Source of the DNA: an uncultured Gammaproteobacteria bacterium
Lineage (GTDB): Bacteria > Pseudomonadota > Gammaproteobacteria > DRLM01
Assembly (NCBI GenBank): GCA_963729605.1
Contig: CAVSNY010000004.1
Coordinates: 96,001-160,000 of the forward strand
Direction: 5' to 3'
Length of the DNA stretch: 64,000 nucleotides
The position numbers were made by a program, and so were the translations under genes. Shown piece by piece: positions 31,582-41,369 of this stretch; position 1 is the first letter of the stretch; every line of letters begins with the position of its first letter. The notes under the pieces are model-generated. The model did no database searches. It was not told the origin of the DNA and saw only the letters and a list, made by a program, of their open reading frames with translations.

Positions 31582-34500
31582 TCACCGCGCCGCCAAGGTC
31601 CTCACCAACGGAAAATCGCCCAGCGGTGCGGGCGCCAGCAATTGCGGAGTTTGCAGGCCGATGGTTTTGTCGCGCAACTCTTCGACCAGCGGGGCGGAAT
31701 AACCGAACCACTCGTTGACCGAAATCAGGCCGTCGCGATTACCGTCGGCCCGGCCGGTCAGGCCGCTCAATAAGGCATGGGTGAACAGGCCGTGCCCGGC
31801 CGGCGGGTATTCCTGCGATTCTTCGCCGCCCTGGGAGGCCAACACGAAGCTGAAGCGCGACGCGGCGGAGCGTTTGGCCAGCGAGTAGGCGTCGAAACGG
31901 CCTTCGATGTTTTTGGCCTGGCAGGTATCGACGATGAGGATACGCCGGCCGGCGACGTTGCGGATGGCGTCGAAGAAATCCTTCCAGCTCAGCAGCGACG
32001 GCCGGTCTTGCCCGGGTTCGCCTTGGAGTACCGACGCGACATCGTCGGCTACCGCGTCGCGCGGTACGAAATAATAGTTGCCGGCGGCGTCGCTAATGCC
32101 GTGCGAAGCGAGGAACACCACCACCGTATCCTGGCCCCGGGCGTTTTGTATGAACTCCAAGGCCTCTTGCACCTTGGCCTTGTCGGGTTTGAGCACCGAC
32201 AGATCGGACAAGACTTGGGAATGGACGCGCTGATAATAACCGCGTCCCGCTTGCTGCACTCGATCGGCGATCTCCTCCGCGTCCTGCGCGGCGAAACTGA
32301 GATCGACCTCGCGATCCAGCTTGGGAAAATGATTGACGCCGATCGCCAGCAGATAAAGATCGCCGACCGGCGGCTTGAGGGTCGGCGCCGGCGCGGCGGA
32401 CACCTGCCGTTCCGCGACCGCCATGGCCCGGTCGTTGAAGACCTCGATGCGTATCTTGTTCACCTTGTCAGTCAGCGCCAATGACATCTGGCGCGAGAAG
32501 GCGCGGGTCTCCTTGGCGTTCAAGCGCCGTTCGTCGCGCGGCGTCACCGGCACGTTGTTGACATAAATCGCGTAGTCCTTCATGGGCAGGCTGTTCTGTT
32601 CGACCGAGAATTTCAGGCTTAACATGGGCTGGCCGCGCCGCGCTTCGGCGACTTTTATCGTTTCGACGCGGATGCGCGGCGGGGCGATGGAGTCGAGTTG
32701 CGTAATATCGAATTGCGCCAAGGCGCGGGTTTTGTTTTCACCGCGGTCCTTGAAGGCGGCGACCACCAGATCGGGCCGGTAGAGCACCCGCTCGAATTGC
32801 ACGGCCCGATAAAAATCGGGCGTGGCGTCTTTGGCGCGATTGATATGCCAGCCGATGTAGTTATCTCCGTAGAGCGATGAGGCGTAGTAGCCGCTCGGTA
32901 TCCACGCGATCCAATCCTCGCGGTTGCGGTGCGGAAACAGCGCGAGGATCTCGCCGCCGTCGCTCATCCGGTACCAGCGCAGCGTCCCGTCCGACAACGC
33001 GGCCACCGCCAGCCGGTTGTCGCCGGAGATGTTGACGCCCCGGACCGTGGCCGGCAGTTTGACCGACCAGCGCTGTTCGCCCGATTTATGATAAAGCCGC
33101 AGCGCCCATTCGGTACCGAACAACACCTGCTGCCGATCGGGGGCGATCGCGTAGCTGCGCGACACTTCGTAGGGATCGAGTTTCAGCGGCGTGCCGTTGA
33201 TGGCGGGCCGGTTGTCGTTTTGCCAGCGGCTGATGGTCAAGCCCGGCGCTTGCAATAGCGGCGCCAGCAGTTTTTGATCGGGGACGGTCTCGCCGCGCAG
33301 CCGCTGTTCTAATACCGAGTAGCGTCCAAACTCGGCGGCGTCCCGCCGGTAACCGAATTGCACGACGGCGCCGTCCATGGAAATCCGCAGGCTGCGCTGC
33401 GCGTCGCGGAAGTCGGCGATCTGCGGACCGACGTAGGCGCGGCGTTCGCCGCTGGCGGGGTCGAAGATGCCGATGGCCGGATCTTCCGCCACATATAAAA
33501 TATCGCCGCCCGGCAACACCCCGATTTGACTGATGCGCGCCTCGGCCGAGGCGATTTTGCGGATCGCGCCGCGGCCCATGTCGGCGATGCGATAAATCGG
33601 TGACGAGCCCGCGCCGCCGTAATCGCCGCCCGCATAAAGCGCCGTGCCGTCCGCCGACCAGGCCACGGTGGTGAGATTGACCTGATCGCGCAGTTCGGTG
33701 AAATGCGCCGAATAAAGCAGGGACAAGTCCCGCGCGGAGAGCACGCTGACCGCCGCGGCGTCGTGAAAACCCACGGCGATCTTTTCGCCGTCGGGCGAGA
33801 GCCGCGCGCCGAACGGCCGCTGGCCGGCGAGTCCGGTCTTGACCCGCCCGATCAACTGAAACTCGTCGTCGTAGAGCCGCACATAACCGTCGAGCGAGGT
33901 GCTGATCAGCCGGCCGGCGGGGGTGAACACCAGGCCGATGGTTTTGTCCTGATAATCCAGATCCCAGGCGATCTCACTGTAGTCGCTGGTTTGCAGCACG
34001 TGCAGCCCCTGTTTGCCCAGCAGGCCGAAGGCGAGATAACGTCCGTCGGGTGAATAGGCGAGCGGCCCGACCACTTCGTCCAGTCCGCCGATCCGGCCTT
34101 TGATGTCGCCGCTCAAGGCGTCGAGGAGATAAATCGCGCCTTTATTGTCCCATTCCCAGCCGGTCCAGCCGGCCACCGCGAGGGTGAGTCCATCGGGCGC
34201 GAGGGCGATGGTATAGAGCTGGCCCTCGTAGCCGCCGGCTATCGGTACGCGATAGGTCGCGACGGGGGCCAGCTCGGGCAATTGCCACACGCGTATCGTC
34301 TTGTCGTCGGAGACGGTGATGATGCGTTGTTGCCGGGTATCGTACGCCAGCGACTGGATGAAGGTGGTGTGATGGCCAGTCTCGATGCGCAGGATCGGCG
34401 CGGTGGATAACGCCTCGGCATGCACGGGCGGCGCCGGCAAGGTCACCAGCATTAATAGCAGCAGTCCCATGCCGAACGCCGAGAGGCGGATATCATTCAC
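31582..34500 (-). CDS. Exported WD40-repeat protein with C-terminal caspase-like (peptidase C14) domain
   Basis: Signal peptide, WD repeats (SDDKTIRVW, DGYVRLYD, DGTLRWY), LLAIGVN, catalytic His (FLASHG) and Cys (IVDTCQA), and GHGLFT. Confidence 0.88.
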   Translation of the reverse strand: MNDIRLSAFGMGLLLLMLVTLPAPPVHAEALSTAPILRIETGHHTTFIQSLAYDTRQQRIITVSDDKTIRVWQLPELAPVATYRVPIAGGYEGQLYTIALAPDGLTLAVAGWTGWEWDNKGAIYLLDALSGDIKGRIGGLDEVVGPLAYSPDGRYLAFGLLGKQGLHVLQTSDYSEIAWDLDYQDKTIGLVFTPAGRLISTSLDGYVRLYDDEFQLIGRVKTGLAGQRPFGARLSPDGEKIAVGFHDAAAVSVLSARDLSLLYSAHFTELRDQVNLTTVAWSADGTALYAGGDYGGAGSSPIYRIADMGRGAIRKIASAEARISQIGVLPGGDILYVAEDPAIGIFDPASGERRAYVGPQIADFRDAQRSLRISMDGAVVQFGYRRDAAEFGRYSVLEQRLRGETVPDQKLLAPLLQAPGLTISRWQNDNRPAINGTPLKLDPYEVSRSYAIAPDRQQVLFGTEWALRLYHKSGEQRWSVKLPATVRGVNISGDNRLAVAALSDGTLRWYRMSDGGEILALFPHRNREDWIAWIPSGYYASSLYGDNYIGWHINRAKDATPDFYRAVQFERVLYRPDLVVAAFKDRGENKTRALAQFDITQLDSIAPPRIRVETIKVAEARRGQPMLSLKFSVEQNSLPMKDYAIYVNNVPVTPRDERRLNAKETRAFSRQMSLALTDKVNKIRIEVFNDRAMAVAERQVSAAPAPTLKPPVGDLYLLAIGVNHFPKLDREVDLSFAAQDAEEIADRVQQAGRGYYQRVHSQVLSDLSVLKPDKAKVQEALEFIQNARGQDTVVVFLASHGISDAAGNYYFVPRDAVADDVASVLQGEPGQDRPSLLSWKDFFDAIRNVAGRRILIVDTCQAKNIEGRFDAYSLAKRSAASRFSFVLASQGGEESQEYPPAGHGLFTHALLSGLTGRADGNRDGLISVNEWFGYSAPLVEELRDKTIGLQTPQLLAPAPLGDFPLVRTLAAR

Positions 34501-34584
34501 GACGTTTACCTTTATTTGGGAAATCCCGCCACGCCGTTGCTCGACGAAATGCCTGCACGCCGGGCCGTCTTGCGTCTGGCCGCT

Positions 34585-37269
34585 TCATCGCGGCTTATAC
34601 AGCGCCACGCTGCGCGCGCAGATGTTCTCGCCGAACGGGCTGCTGCAAAAATAATTGTTGCTCAATCCCAGGCCGCGGATATAACGCGGCGCGGTGATGA
34701 CGTGATAACTCACCCGGAACACGTCCGCCACGGCGCCGGTCAAGGGGCTGTTGCGGCCGAGATCGGCGGTCTGCGCTATGCCGCGTCCGCCGTTGATCAG
34801 TCCATAGGCCACGAAGCTTTGATTGCCGCGGGTGCGTTCGCGCGTTGCGCCCCCGCCCTGACCGCAGACGCCCGCGCCGGTTTGGCCTAATAGCAACTCC
34901 GGATCGTCATTGGCCGCGCGCGGTTTGAATTCCGGTAATGCCTGGTCGCCCTGATGGCCCGAGCCCGATGGGCGCAGCGCGCAGTCCTGAGTGACGATGC
35001 GGGTTTCAAGCTTGTTTTTCGGCGCGCCGTCGGCATTGCGGTTGCCGGCCGGTTGCGTTTTGCGATCACCCAGCAGGCCGGCGATCAGCAGCGGTGTATC
35101 GCCCGCGGTGCCTTGCGGGGCGGAGACGATTTCGACGGGCCCGTCATCGGGTATCTCGCCCGCGATGTCTGCACCCGCGGCCAATCCATCCTGCGGCAGA
35201 CGCCCCGGCGCGCTGGCTACGCCGCCGACACCGCCCGCACCACCACCGGCACCACCACCGGCACCACCACCGGCACCACCACCGGCACCACCACCGGCAC
35301 CACCACCGGCACCACCGGCACCACCGGCACCACCGGCACCACCGGCACCACCGGCACCACCGGCACCACCGGCACCACCGGCACCACCGGCACCCATGCC
35401 GCTGGTGCTGTAACTGTACATGACGGTGCCGCTACCGAAGGAACCCGCGCCGCCCAAGGCCTGGAAATTACCGCCGAACTGTAGTTCAGGATAAAGACCC
35501 AGCAAAAAGGGATTGGGAATACGCAATTCCAGTAAACCGTCGCGGCGCGGAGTGAGCCTGAAATCGGGTATGAGATAGGGATCGGCTTCCAATTCCGAAT
35601 CCGCGCCCAACTCCACGCGGATGAGTTCCACGGGCATCATCAAAGAGGCGCGCGGTTGCAGCAATAAATTATCGACCGATTGGCCGATGCTGGTATTGAC
35701 GCGGCTGACCGCGCGTTCTTCCGCGCGCGCCGTCTCCAGCGGCCGCGTCGGGCCGTCATCGGCGGTGACGATGATGGCATCGCCCCGCGGAACATTCGGC
35801 GTCTCCGCGTCATTAGGCGCGGGCAGGCTGTCGTCGACGGCCGTCCCATCGTTATTACCGGCGGACGGGGTGGGGTCGGATACGGGTACCGATTCGACGT
35901 TTGTCCGGATCGGTTCCGGGCTCCTTAACAACAGTCCGGCCTTGCCGTTCGGCGCGCCGACGTCGACGAAACCGCCGAAATTAAGCGTCTTGCCCGCGGC
36001 GAGTTCCACCAGGCCGCCGTCGCCGCTCTTGTTGCCGCCGCGGGCGTAGATGCCGCCGAGGAATTCGACGGTCTCGTCCGCCCACACCCGCACTTCGCCG
36101 CCGTTGCCGTTTTCACCGCCGTCGGCGAAGAGGCGCGCCTCTTTATCGATGGTCGTGCGTTCGGCGGTAGTGAAACGGCGGTCTTCGACTCGATCGGCAC
36201 CGATCGATATCAAGCCGCCGCCGCTCCGGCCGCTGGCGTCGACCATCGCGTTATTACCGAGATGCACCGTGTCGCCGAGTATCTTGATGGTCCCGCCGCC
36301 CGCCGCATCGCCCGCGCGGGTCGATAAGGCGGTATCGGCCGCGGCGGCATTGAGTTCGCCGTGCACCTCCACCGCGCCGCCCGCGCCGTGCAGGACGATG
36401 ACGCCCGGCTGCTCGGTGAAACTCCGCGCGCTGATGACGCCGTTCATGTTGATGACCTTGTCGACGATGTCTTTGGCCGCGCCGGCGGTGATCAGCAGCA
36501 CGTCGCCGCCGTCGGCTTGCAGGCGGCCGCTTTGTTCTATGAGGGCCTTCACCGGCAGACCGTCGGCGTCGACCAAGGTGTCCGTCACTTTGTCATCGAC
36601 GGCCAGATTCACCAGCCGATCGCCGAATAAATCCAGGGTGAATACCGTGCCCGAGGCCAGGGCCACCTTGCCGAAATTGGCTTGAATCAGTCCGGAGTTC
36701 TGCACGCCCGGCGCCACCAAGGCCACCAGTCCGCCGTTGCGCGCGGTGATCCGCCCTTGATTGACGACACGGGCGCCGCCGGCACCCGCTTGCGCGAAGT
36801 TGTATTGACCGGCCATGAAATCCTTGTTGGACAGATTGGCGGTGGTCGCGAGCAAACCGCCGACGTTGATCTCCGCCTTCGGTCCGAACACGATGCCGCT
36901 GGGATTGATCAGAAACACCCGGCCGTCCGCGTTAAGCTTGCCTAAAATGTGGGACACGCCGCCGCCGTTGACCCGGTTGAGCATGACGTAATCTGGTTTG
37001 GCTTGCACAAAATTGACCGCCTCCGTTTCACCGATGTCGAAGGTCTTCCAATCGATCACCGCGCGTTCGGTGAATTGGGTGATGGTCCGGATATTGGTAT
37101 CGTTGCTTCGATCGATCACCGCTTCACCAGCGCTGACTTGCCCGCCCTCGGGCAAGGCCTGCGCCGGGCCGCCGCTAAGATTGGCGGCCAAGATCGCCGC
37201 GCCGAGCAGGCTGAGCCGGAAGCCGGTCGGGCCGTGGTGAATATTTGTCGTGTCGTATTGAGCGCGCAT
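34585..37269 (-). CDS. Filamentous haemagglutinin-like two-partner secretion passenger (TpsA)
   Basis: Signal peptide, then a TPS domain (IDWKTFDIG, LNRV, FLINPSGIVFG), beta-helix GG repeats, a Gly-Ala linker and an unknown C-terminal domain. Confidence 0.88.
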   Translation of the reverse strand: MRAQYDTTNIHHGPTGFRLSLLGAAILAANLSGGPAQALPEGGQVSAGEAVIDRSNDTNIRTITQFTERAVIDWKTFDIGETEAVNFVQAKPDYVMLNRVNGGGVSHILGKLNADGRVFLINPSGIVFGPKAEINVGGLLATTANLSNKDFMAGQYNFAQAGAGGARVVNQGRITARNGGLVALVAPGVQNSGLIQANFGKVALASGTVFTLDLFGDRLVNLAVDDKVTDTLVDADGLPVKALIEQSGRLQADGGDVLLITAGAAKDIVDKVINMNGVISARSFTEQPGVIVLHGAGGAVEVHGELNAAAADTALSTRAGDAAGGGTIKILGDTVHLGNNAMVDASGRSGGGLISIGADRVEDRRFTTAERTTIDKEARLFADGGENGNGGEVRVWADETVEFLGGIYARGGNKSGDGGLVELAAGKTLNFGGFVDVGAPNGKAGLLLRSPEPIRTNVESVPVSDPTPSAGNNDGTAVDDSLPAPNDAETPNVPRGDAIIVTADDGPTRPLETARAEERAVSRVNTSIGQSVDNLLLQPRASLMMPVELIRVELGADSELEADPYLIPDFRLTPRRDGLLELRIPNPFLLGLYPELQFGGNFQALGGAGSFGSGTVMYSYSTSGMGAGGAGGAGGAGGAGGAGGAGGAGGAGGAGGGAGGGAGGGAGGGAGGGAGGGAGGVGGVASAPGRLPQDGLAAGADIAGEIPDDGPVEIVSAPQGTAGDTPLLIAGLLGDRKTQPAGNRNADGAPKNKLETRIVTQDCALRPSGSGHQGDQALPEFKPRAANDDPELLLGQTGAGVCGQGGGATRERTRGNQSFVAYGLINGGRGIAQTADLGRNSPLTGAVADVFRVSYHVITAPRYIRGLGLSNNYFCSSPFGENICARSVALYKPR
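35237..35395 (-). repeat. Tandem repeat of 9-bp and 12-bp units encoding (AGG)n(AGGG)n within TpsA
   Basis: Perfect arrays of CCGGCACCA and CCGGCACCACCA on the + strand. Confidence 0.9.
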
Positions 37270-37300
37270 CGCTTTTTCCTCCGCCGAATGCCGGCTATGC

Positions 37301-38989
37301 TTAAAATCGTTTCGAGAACCCGCCGAAAATCCGCGGGTCGTCGTCGCCCTCGTTCTCCACCAGGCGAGTGGTCGGTTTGGCGATCTCGATAAAACCGGAA
37401 AATCCTTGATTCAAGCTGAGACGCACGCCCAAGCCCACCGCCGCGGCCGATTCGGATTTTTTCTGATCCTGTGCGTCGCGCCGCCATACTTTTCCGAAAT
37501 CGTAATAACCGTAGACGGTGTAGCTCCGCGCGAAACTCTGTTTGAGCGCGTTGCTGTAGCGCGGCTCGATCTTGAGCGCCACGCCGGAGTCGCCCACCAA
37601 TTCCGACGGGTCGTAACCACGCCCGAACGGTTCGCCGCCGAAGGAAAATTGCTCCGCGCCCAATAAGGCGTTGTAGGCCAGTTGGCCGTTGGCGGCCAAC
37701 AAGACCGACCAGGCATTGGCGACATCCTGCAAGCGCGCGGCGTAAAGAGTCAGTTTCCTGAAATCGCTGTGGCCGTCGGCGCGCGACAAAGACGCCGAAC
37801 CGGTTTCGGTGGCGCCCAGGATATCCAGGCCTTGACTGAATTCGGCGTCGAGGATGTTGATGCCGCGCCAACGGTCGGCGTTGTCGAAGGTGATGCCCGC
37901 CCGCAGCGCCCGCAAGCGGTCTTCGCTGAGGTTGATGCCGGCGAAATCGGTCTTGCCGTCATGCACGGTGAAGCTGCCGCGCAGATAGAGATTGCGGGTG
38001 CGGCTGCGTATCACGGGATGGCTATAACTCAAGGCGCCCATCACCGATTCGGATTGCAGATCCGGCGGCAGGTTTTCGGTCTCTTGCGGTTCGGCGCGCG
38101 CATAACTCAGGTTGACGCCGAACCGGCCGCCTTCGTCGCCGGCGCGGATGTCGTGCAGCAGGGCGATGAAATTCAATTCTTGGTTGGCGGTGGTGGCGGC
38201 GCGCAGGCCCGAATGCTCATAACGTCCGAGCGCCGAATAGAAATCGGCGCCGGCATTGACACGCCACGGCCCCAGTGAACGGCTGTTGCGGTTGTTGACG
38301 CCGAGGTCGGCGGAAAATTTATCCTGGGTGAGCGTGATCAGCAGATCGGAGGCGCCGGCCACGCTCTGCGAAGGCGACAGCGTCGCCCGGGCCACCATGC
38401 CGCCGAGATCATTGATCAGCAATAAATAGCGTTCCAGCGCCTGCGCGCGCAGGGGCCGCGACCGTTTGATTTTTTCCGCGTAGGCCTGCAATACTTCAGG
38501 TGGGCCGTTCACCGCGCCTTCCAGTTTGACTTGATCGACGAAACCTTCGATCACCCGCAGCCGCGCCAGGCCTTGTTCAAGAATAATCTTCTGTTCCGGC
38601 ACGATGACCTGCGAAAGTATGTAGCCGTCGTTGCGGTACTTCGCGGTGATCTCATTGGCCAAGTCATAGATTTGTAAAAGCGTGATCTCTTTGTCGAGCA
38701 AATCGGCGAAGAAGGAACGCAAGCCCGCTTCGGGATAAACCGTGACGCCCTCGATGATGACCTGCCTTAACACGAAGCGGACCGCATCGGCCTTCAACGG
38801 GGCCTTTGGTTCCTGCGCCGGCGGTTCCACCACCGGCTGCGGCGTGGAACGCGGCTTGGGTGGTTCGCGGAATTGTTTTTCTATCTGGCCGGGTTGCGCC
38901 GCGCCCGGGGTCTGCGCGCCGGCGGCCGCGCCCCAGGCCAGGGCCGCGATCATCAATGGTATCGTGAGTCTTGTGTTCAAGGTATTCAC
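37301..38989 (-). CDS. ShlB/FhaC/HecB family transporter (TpsB)
   Basis: POTRA domain (YRNDGYILSQV.VP.Q), EQFSFGG.PFGRGY motif and C-terminal Phe. Confidence 0.92.
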   Translation of the reverse strand: MNTLNTRLTIPLMIAALAWGAAAGAQTPGAAQPGQIEKQFREPPKPRSTPQPVVEPPAQEPKAPLKADAVRFVLRQVIIEGVTVYPEAGLRSFFADLLDKEITLLQIYDLANEITAKYRNDGYILSQVIVPEQKIILEQGLARLRVIEGFVDQVKLEGAVNGPPEVLQAYAEKIKRSRPLRAQALERYLLLINDLGGMVARATLSPSQSVAGASDLLITLTQDKFSADLGVNNRNSRSLGPWRVNAGADFYSALGRYEHSGLRAATTANQELNFIALLHDIRAGDEGGRFGVNLSYARAEPQETENLPPDLQSESVMGALSYSHPVIRSRTRNLYLRGSFTVHDGKTDFAGINLSEDRLRALRAGITFDNADRWRGINILDAEFSQGLDILGATETGSASLSRADGHSDFRKLTLYAARLQDVANAWSVLLAANGQLAYNALLGAEQFSFGGEPFGRGYDPSELVGDSGVALKIEPRYSNALKQSFARSYTVYGYYDFGKVWRRDAQDQKKSESAAAVGLGVRLSLNQGFSGFIEIAKPTTRLVENEGDDDPRIFGGFSKRF

Positions 38990-39045
38990 CGTCTCTTCCT
39001 CGCCATAAAAATCCCGCTCGATTCAGTCACAGTGTTCGTGTTCAT

Positions 39046-39408
39046 CTATTTAATCAGGCAGGTCGCGCCGCCTTTGGTATCGAATAAATACAGCGTCGTC
39101 TTGTGATCCGCTTTGCCGGTAAAGATCACGTCGCCGCCGCTCAAGTCCGGGGGCAGGGCGGTGACGGCCTCTTCGAAGATGAGGCGGCCGTATTGCCAGC
39201 AGCGGAGGTAATGGTGGTCGTCGCTCGGTTTTTTGTCCGCGAAATTTTTCTTCTCATCCTTGGGCTTTTTTTCCGAGAGAGACAGGTCCGGCGCCGATTG
39301 CGTCGATATCGTTTTAGCCGCTTGATCGTTAGCGCCGGCGTGTGCGGCCGGCGCCAAGGCGATCAACAGCGCGATGACGATTGGATTTTGCATGCCCTGG
39401 ATATTCAT
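39046..39408 (-). CDS. Small exported hypothetical protein
   Basis: Signal peptide (APAAHA) and a Cys pair (LRCWQYG...ATCLIK); abuts the upstream gene. Confidence 0.7.
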   Translation of the reverse strand: MNIQGMQNPIVIALLIALAPAAHAGANDQAAKTISTQSAPDLSLSEKKPKDEKKNFADKKPSDDHHYLRCWQYGRLIFEEAVTALPPDLSGGDVIFTGKADHKTTLYLFDTKGGATCLIK

Positions 39409-39419
39409 GGCGCGACCCT

Positions 39420-40958
39420 TCAATTGCTGATTTCGATGTTGTAATACGCCTGTCCGATGCCCGGACCGGAACCCGCCGCGAAGGCCTGTTGAACTTGTTC
39501 AAGGGACTTGGCCGGCAAGGGTTCGAAGTCGGTGCCGCGCACGACTTCCGGCAAGCTGGGCAATGCATCCTGAGGGGTGGCGAAACACGCGACGGATTCG
39601 CGTTTTCCGTTCTCGCTCGCCACCAATTGAAAACGCATGGCGCCGGGTAATTGCAGCGGCCGGCCCGCGGGAACCAGGGCGTCGTGGGTGAAGCGATTGG
39701 GAAAGAAACGCTGCACCCGCTGGTATTCATCATGCATGAAACAATAGACGTAGGCGTCCCGATCGGTTTTCACCGAGAGGGTGATCAATTCGCCGCGCTT
39801 GTGCGCCCCGGCCTTACCCGAACCGGTGATGGTGAGCTGTATGGGTTGCGGCGCCGGCTGCCGTGCCGTATCGCTCGCAGCGGCGGCCGGCGGATTGCCG
39901 GGCGCGCCGGTGAGCAATTGCGTGAACAAGGGTAGATCGGCCTTCAATTCCTCGCTCATGCCGAGCGCGATCCGTTGCCCGATCACTGCCTGGGCCAGTA
40001 GCGGATTGCCGGCGCCGTCGACCGGGCCGTTGTAATAGCCGCGCATGCGCAGACGGCTCTGCAGGAAGGAAACCAGTTCGCCGCCGTCGGCCTCCATGGA
40101 ATAAAACCAGTCGGCGATTTCGGTTTGCACCGTCTCATCGCCGTGGTCGACGCCCAGACATTGCCAATAGGGCACCTTGGTCAATTTTCCGAACAGTTCG
40201 ATGGCGGCGAGTTCCACCAGATTGCGCAAGGCCTGCGCGTTGCCTTCCGCCTCGCTCAAGGTGGCGCCGAAGGTGATGCCGAATTTCTTGTATTGCGCGT
40301 CGGTGTCCAGGCCCTTGCCGCTTTTGTAAATCAACACGGCGTTGCGTGAGGTGACACCGGAGACGATGGATAAATCGCTGGTGTTGAGGATGGTGAGGTC
40401 CAACCCGAGGATGGTGGCCGCGCCGGAACGACCCGAGCCGAGGCTGAAATTCTCGCCGTGCGCCAAACCGAATTCCACCGATTTCTTGGCGATGTTGTCG
40501 TCGAATTGACTGATGGAACCCTTCACATCGTATTGCGGCACGATGGCATAGGCGTTCTTGCGTTCGGCGGCTTGCAGAAAACTGATTAAATTGCCGGAAT
40601 CCTGGCCATAGGCGATGAGCCGTATCGCGCGGCTGCGCTTGGTCATGTCGGATACCGCTGAGATCAACATATCCTTGGTGCCGGCGTTGACCTTTTTGGT
40701 CTGGTCCACCAGATCCTCCACCAGCACCGAGACATCGCGCACGCCGTGGCTGATCAGCAAGTCGTCCATGCAGCGCAAAGCCGAGGAAAAGTTGGTAATA
40801 GAGCGGAACGGTTTTTGTTGCGGACCCTGTTTGAGTTTGTTGGTCGATTCGAGCACCTGTTTCTTCACGCCGGTGCTGCTGCAACCGGACAGCAGGCCGC
40901 CGGCCAATAAAAGACTGAGACCAAGCATGCCCATGTAACGAAGGTATGACGTGTTCAT
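39420..40958 (-). CDS. Lipoprotein with CsgG/HfaB-like N-terminal domain, PG-binding-like segment and DUF4384-like C-terminal domain
   Basis: Lipobox LLSG-C. FSSALRCMD...DQTKK...DMLISA...KGSISQFD resembles HfaB/CsgG. GYYNGPVDG suggests PG binding. LSVKTDRDAYVYCF...FFPN resembles DUF4384. Confidence 0.7.
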   Translation of the reverse strand: MNTSYLRYMGMLGLSLLLAGGLLSGCSSTGVKKQVLESTNKLKQGPQQKPFRSITNFSSALRCMDDLLISHGVRDVSVLVEDLVDQTKKVNAGTKDMLISAVSDMTKRSRAIRLIAYGQDSGNLISFLQAAERKNAYAIVPQYDVKGSISQFDDNIAKKSVEFGLAHGENFSLGSGRSGAATILGLDLTILNTSDLSIVSGVTSRNAVLIYKSGKGLDTDAQYKKFGITFGATLSEAEGNAQALRNLVELAAIELFGKLTKVPYWQCLGVDHGDETVQTEIADWFYSMEADGGELVSFLQSRLRMRGYYNGPVDGAGNPLLAQAVIGQRIALGMSEELKADLPLFTQLLTGAPGNPPAAAASDTARQPAPQPIQLTITGSGKAGAHKRGELITLSVKTDRDAYVYCFMHDEYQRVQRFFPNRFTHDALVPAGRPLQLPGAMRFQLVASENGKRESVACFATPQDALPSLPEVVRGTDFEPLPAKSLEQVQQAFAAGSGPGIGQAYYNIEISN

Positions 40959-40974
40959 GATTGCCTCTGCCTAT

Positions 40975-41295
40975 TCAGTTCTTGCACTTGTTGTTGGCGT
41001 TGATCACGTCGCCGGTGATCACCACCACGATTTCCTTGGGCGCCTTGCCCGGTTTGTTGTTGCCCACCGAGTTGCCGATATCCACCCCGCCGCAGCTGCC
41101 GCTCTCGTTTTGCGCTTCGGCGGAACTGGCTTCGACGCTTTGTCTCAGCGAGGTTTGCTTGGCCTTGTGCTTGGCGACCTTGGCCCGCAACAAGTCGTCC
41201 ATGTCGCTGACCTCGGTCTCGACGGCCTGGGCCTGCGCCGACAACAGCAGCAATAAGGTGCCGACCATGCCTGCCCGGATAAGAAAAGTTTTCAT
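40975..41295 (-). CDS. Small secreted protein with Cys pair
   Basis: Signal peptide (AQAQA-V), C-terminal CGGVDIGN...VVITGDVINANNKC, and RBS GGAGG. Confidence 0.75.
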   Translation of the reverse strand: MKTFLIRAGMVGTLLLLLSAQAQAVETEVSDMDDLLRAKVAKHKAKQTSLRQSVEASSAEAQNESGSCGGVDIGNSVGNNKPGKAPKEIVVVITGDVINANNKCKN

Positions 41296-41329
41296 GATCG
41301 GCCTCCACGGTGATGTTCTGTTCAAAACG

Positions 41330-41358
41330 CCTCGCCGTAATGCGGCATTACGGCGAGG
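41330..41358 (-). terminator. Strong hairpin just downstream of the repeat-protein gene
   Basis: CCTCGCCGTAATG-cgg-CATTACGGCGAGG is a 13-bp stem with a short U-tract on the minus strand. Confidence 0.7.
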
Positions 41359-41369
41359 ATGAGTCGCAA

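Noticed and set aside
34991-35423. Pro-rich, His-rich and Thr-Gly ORFs on the + strand
   Set aside because: They are alternative-frame readings of the tandem repeat inside TpsA.
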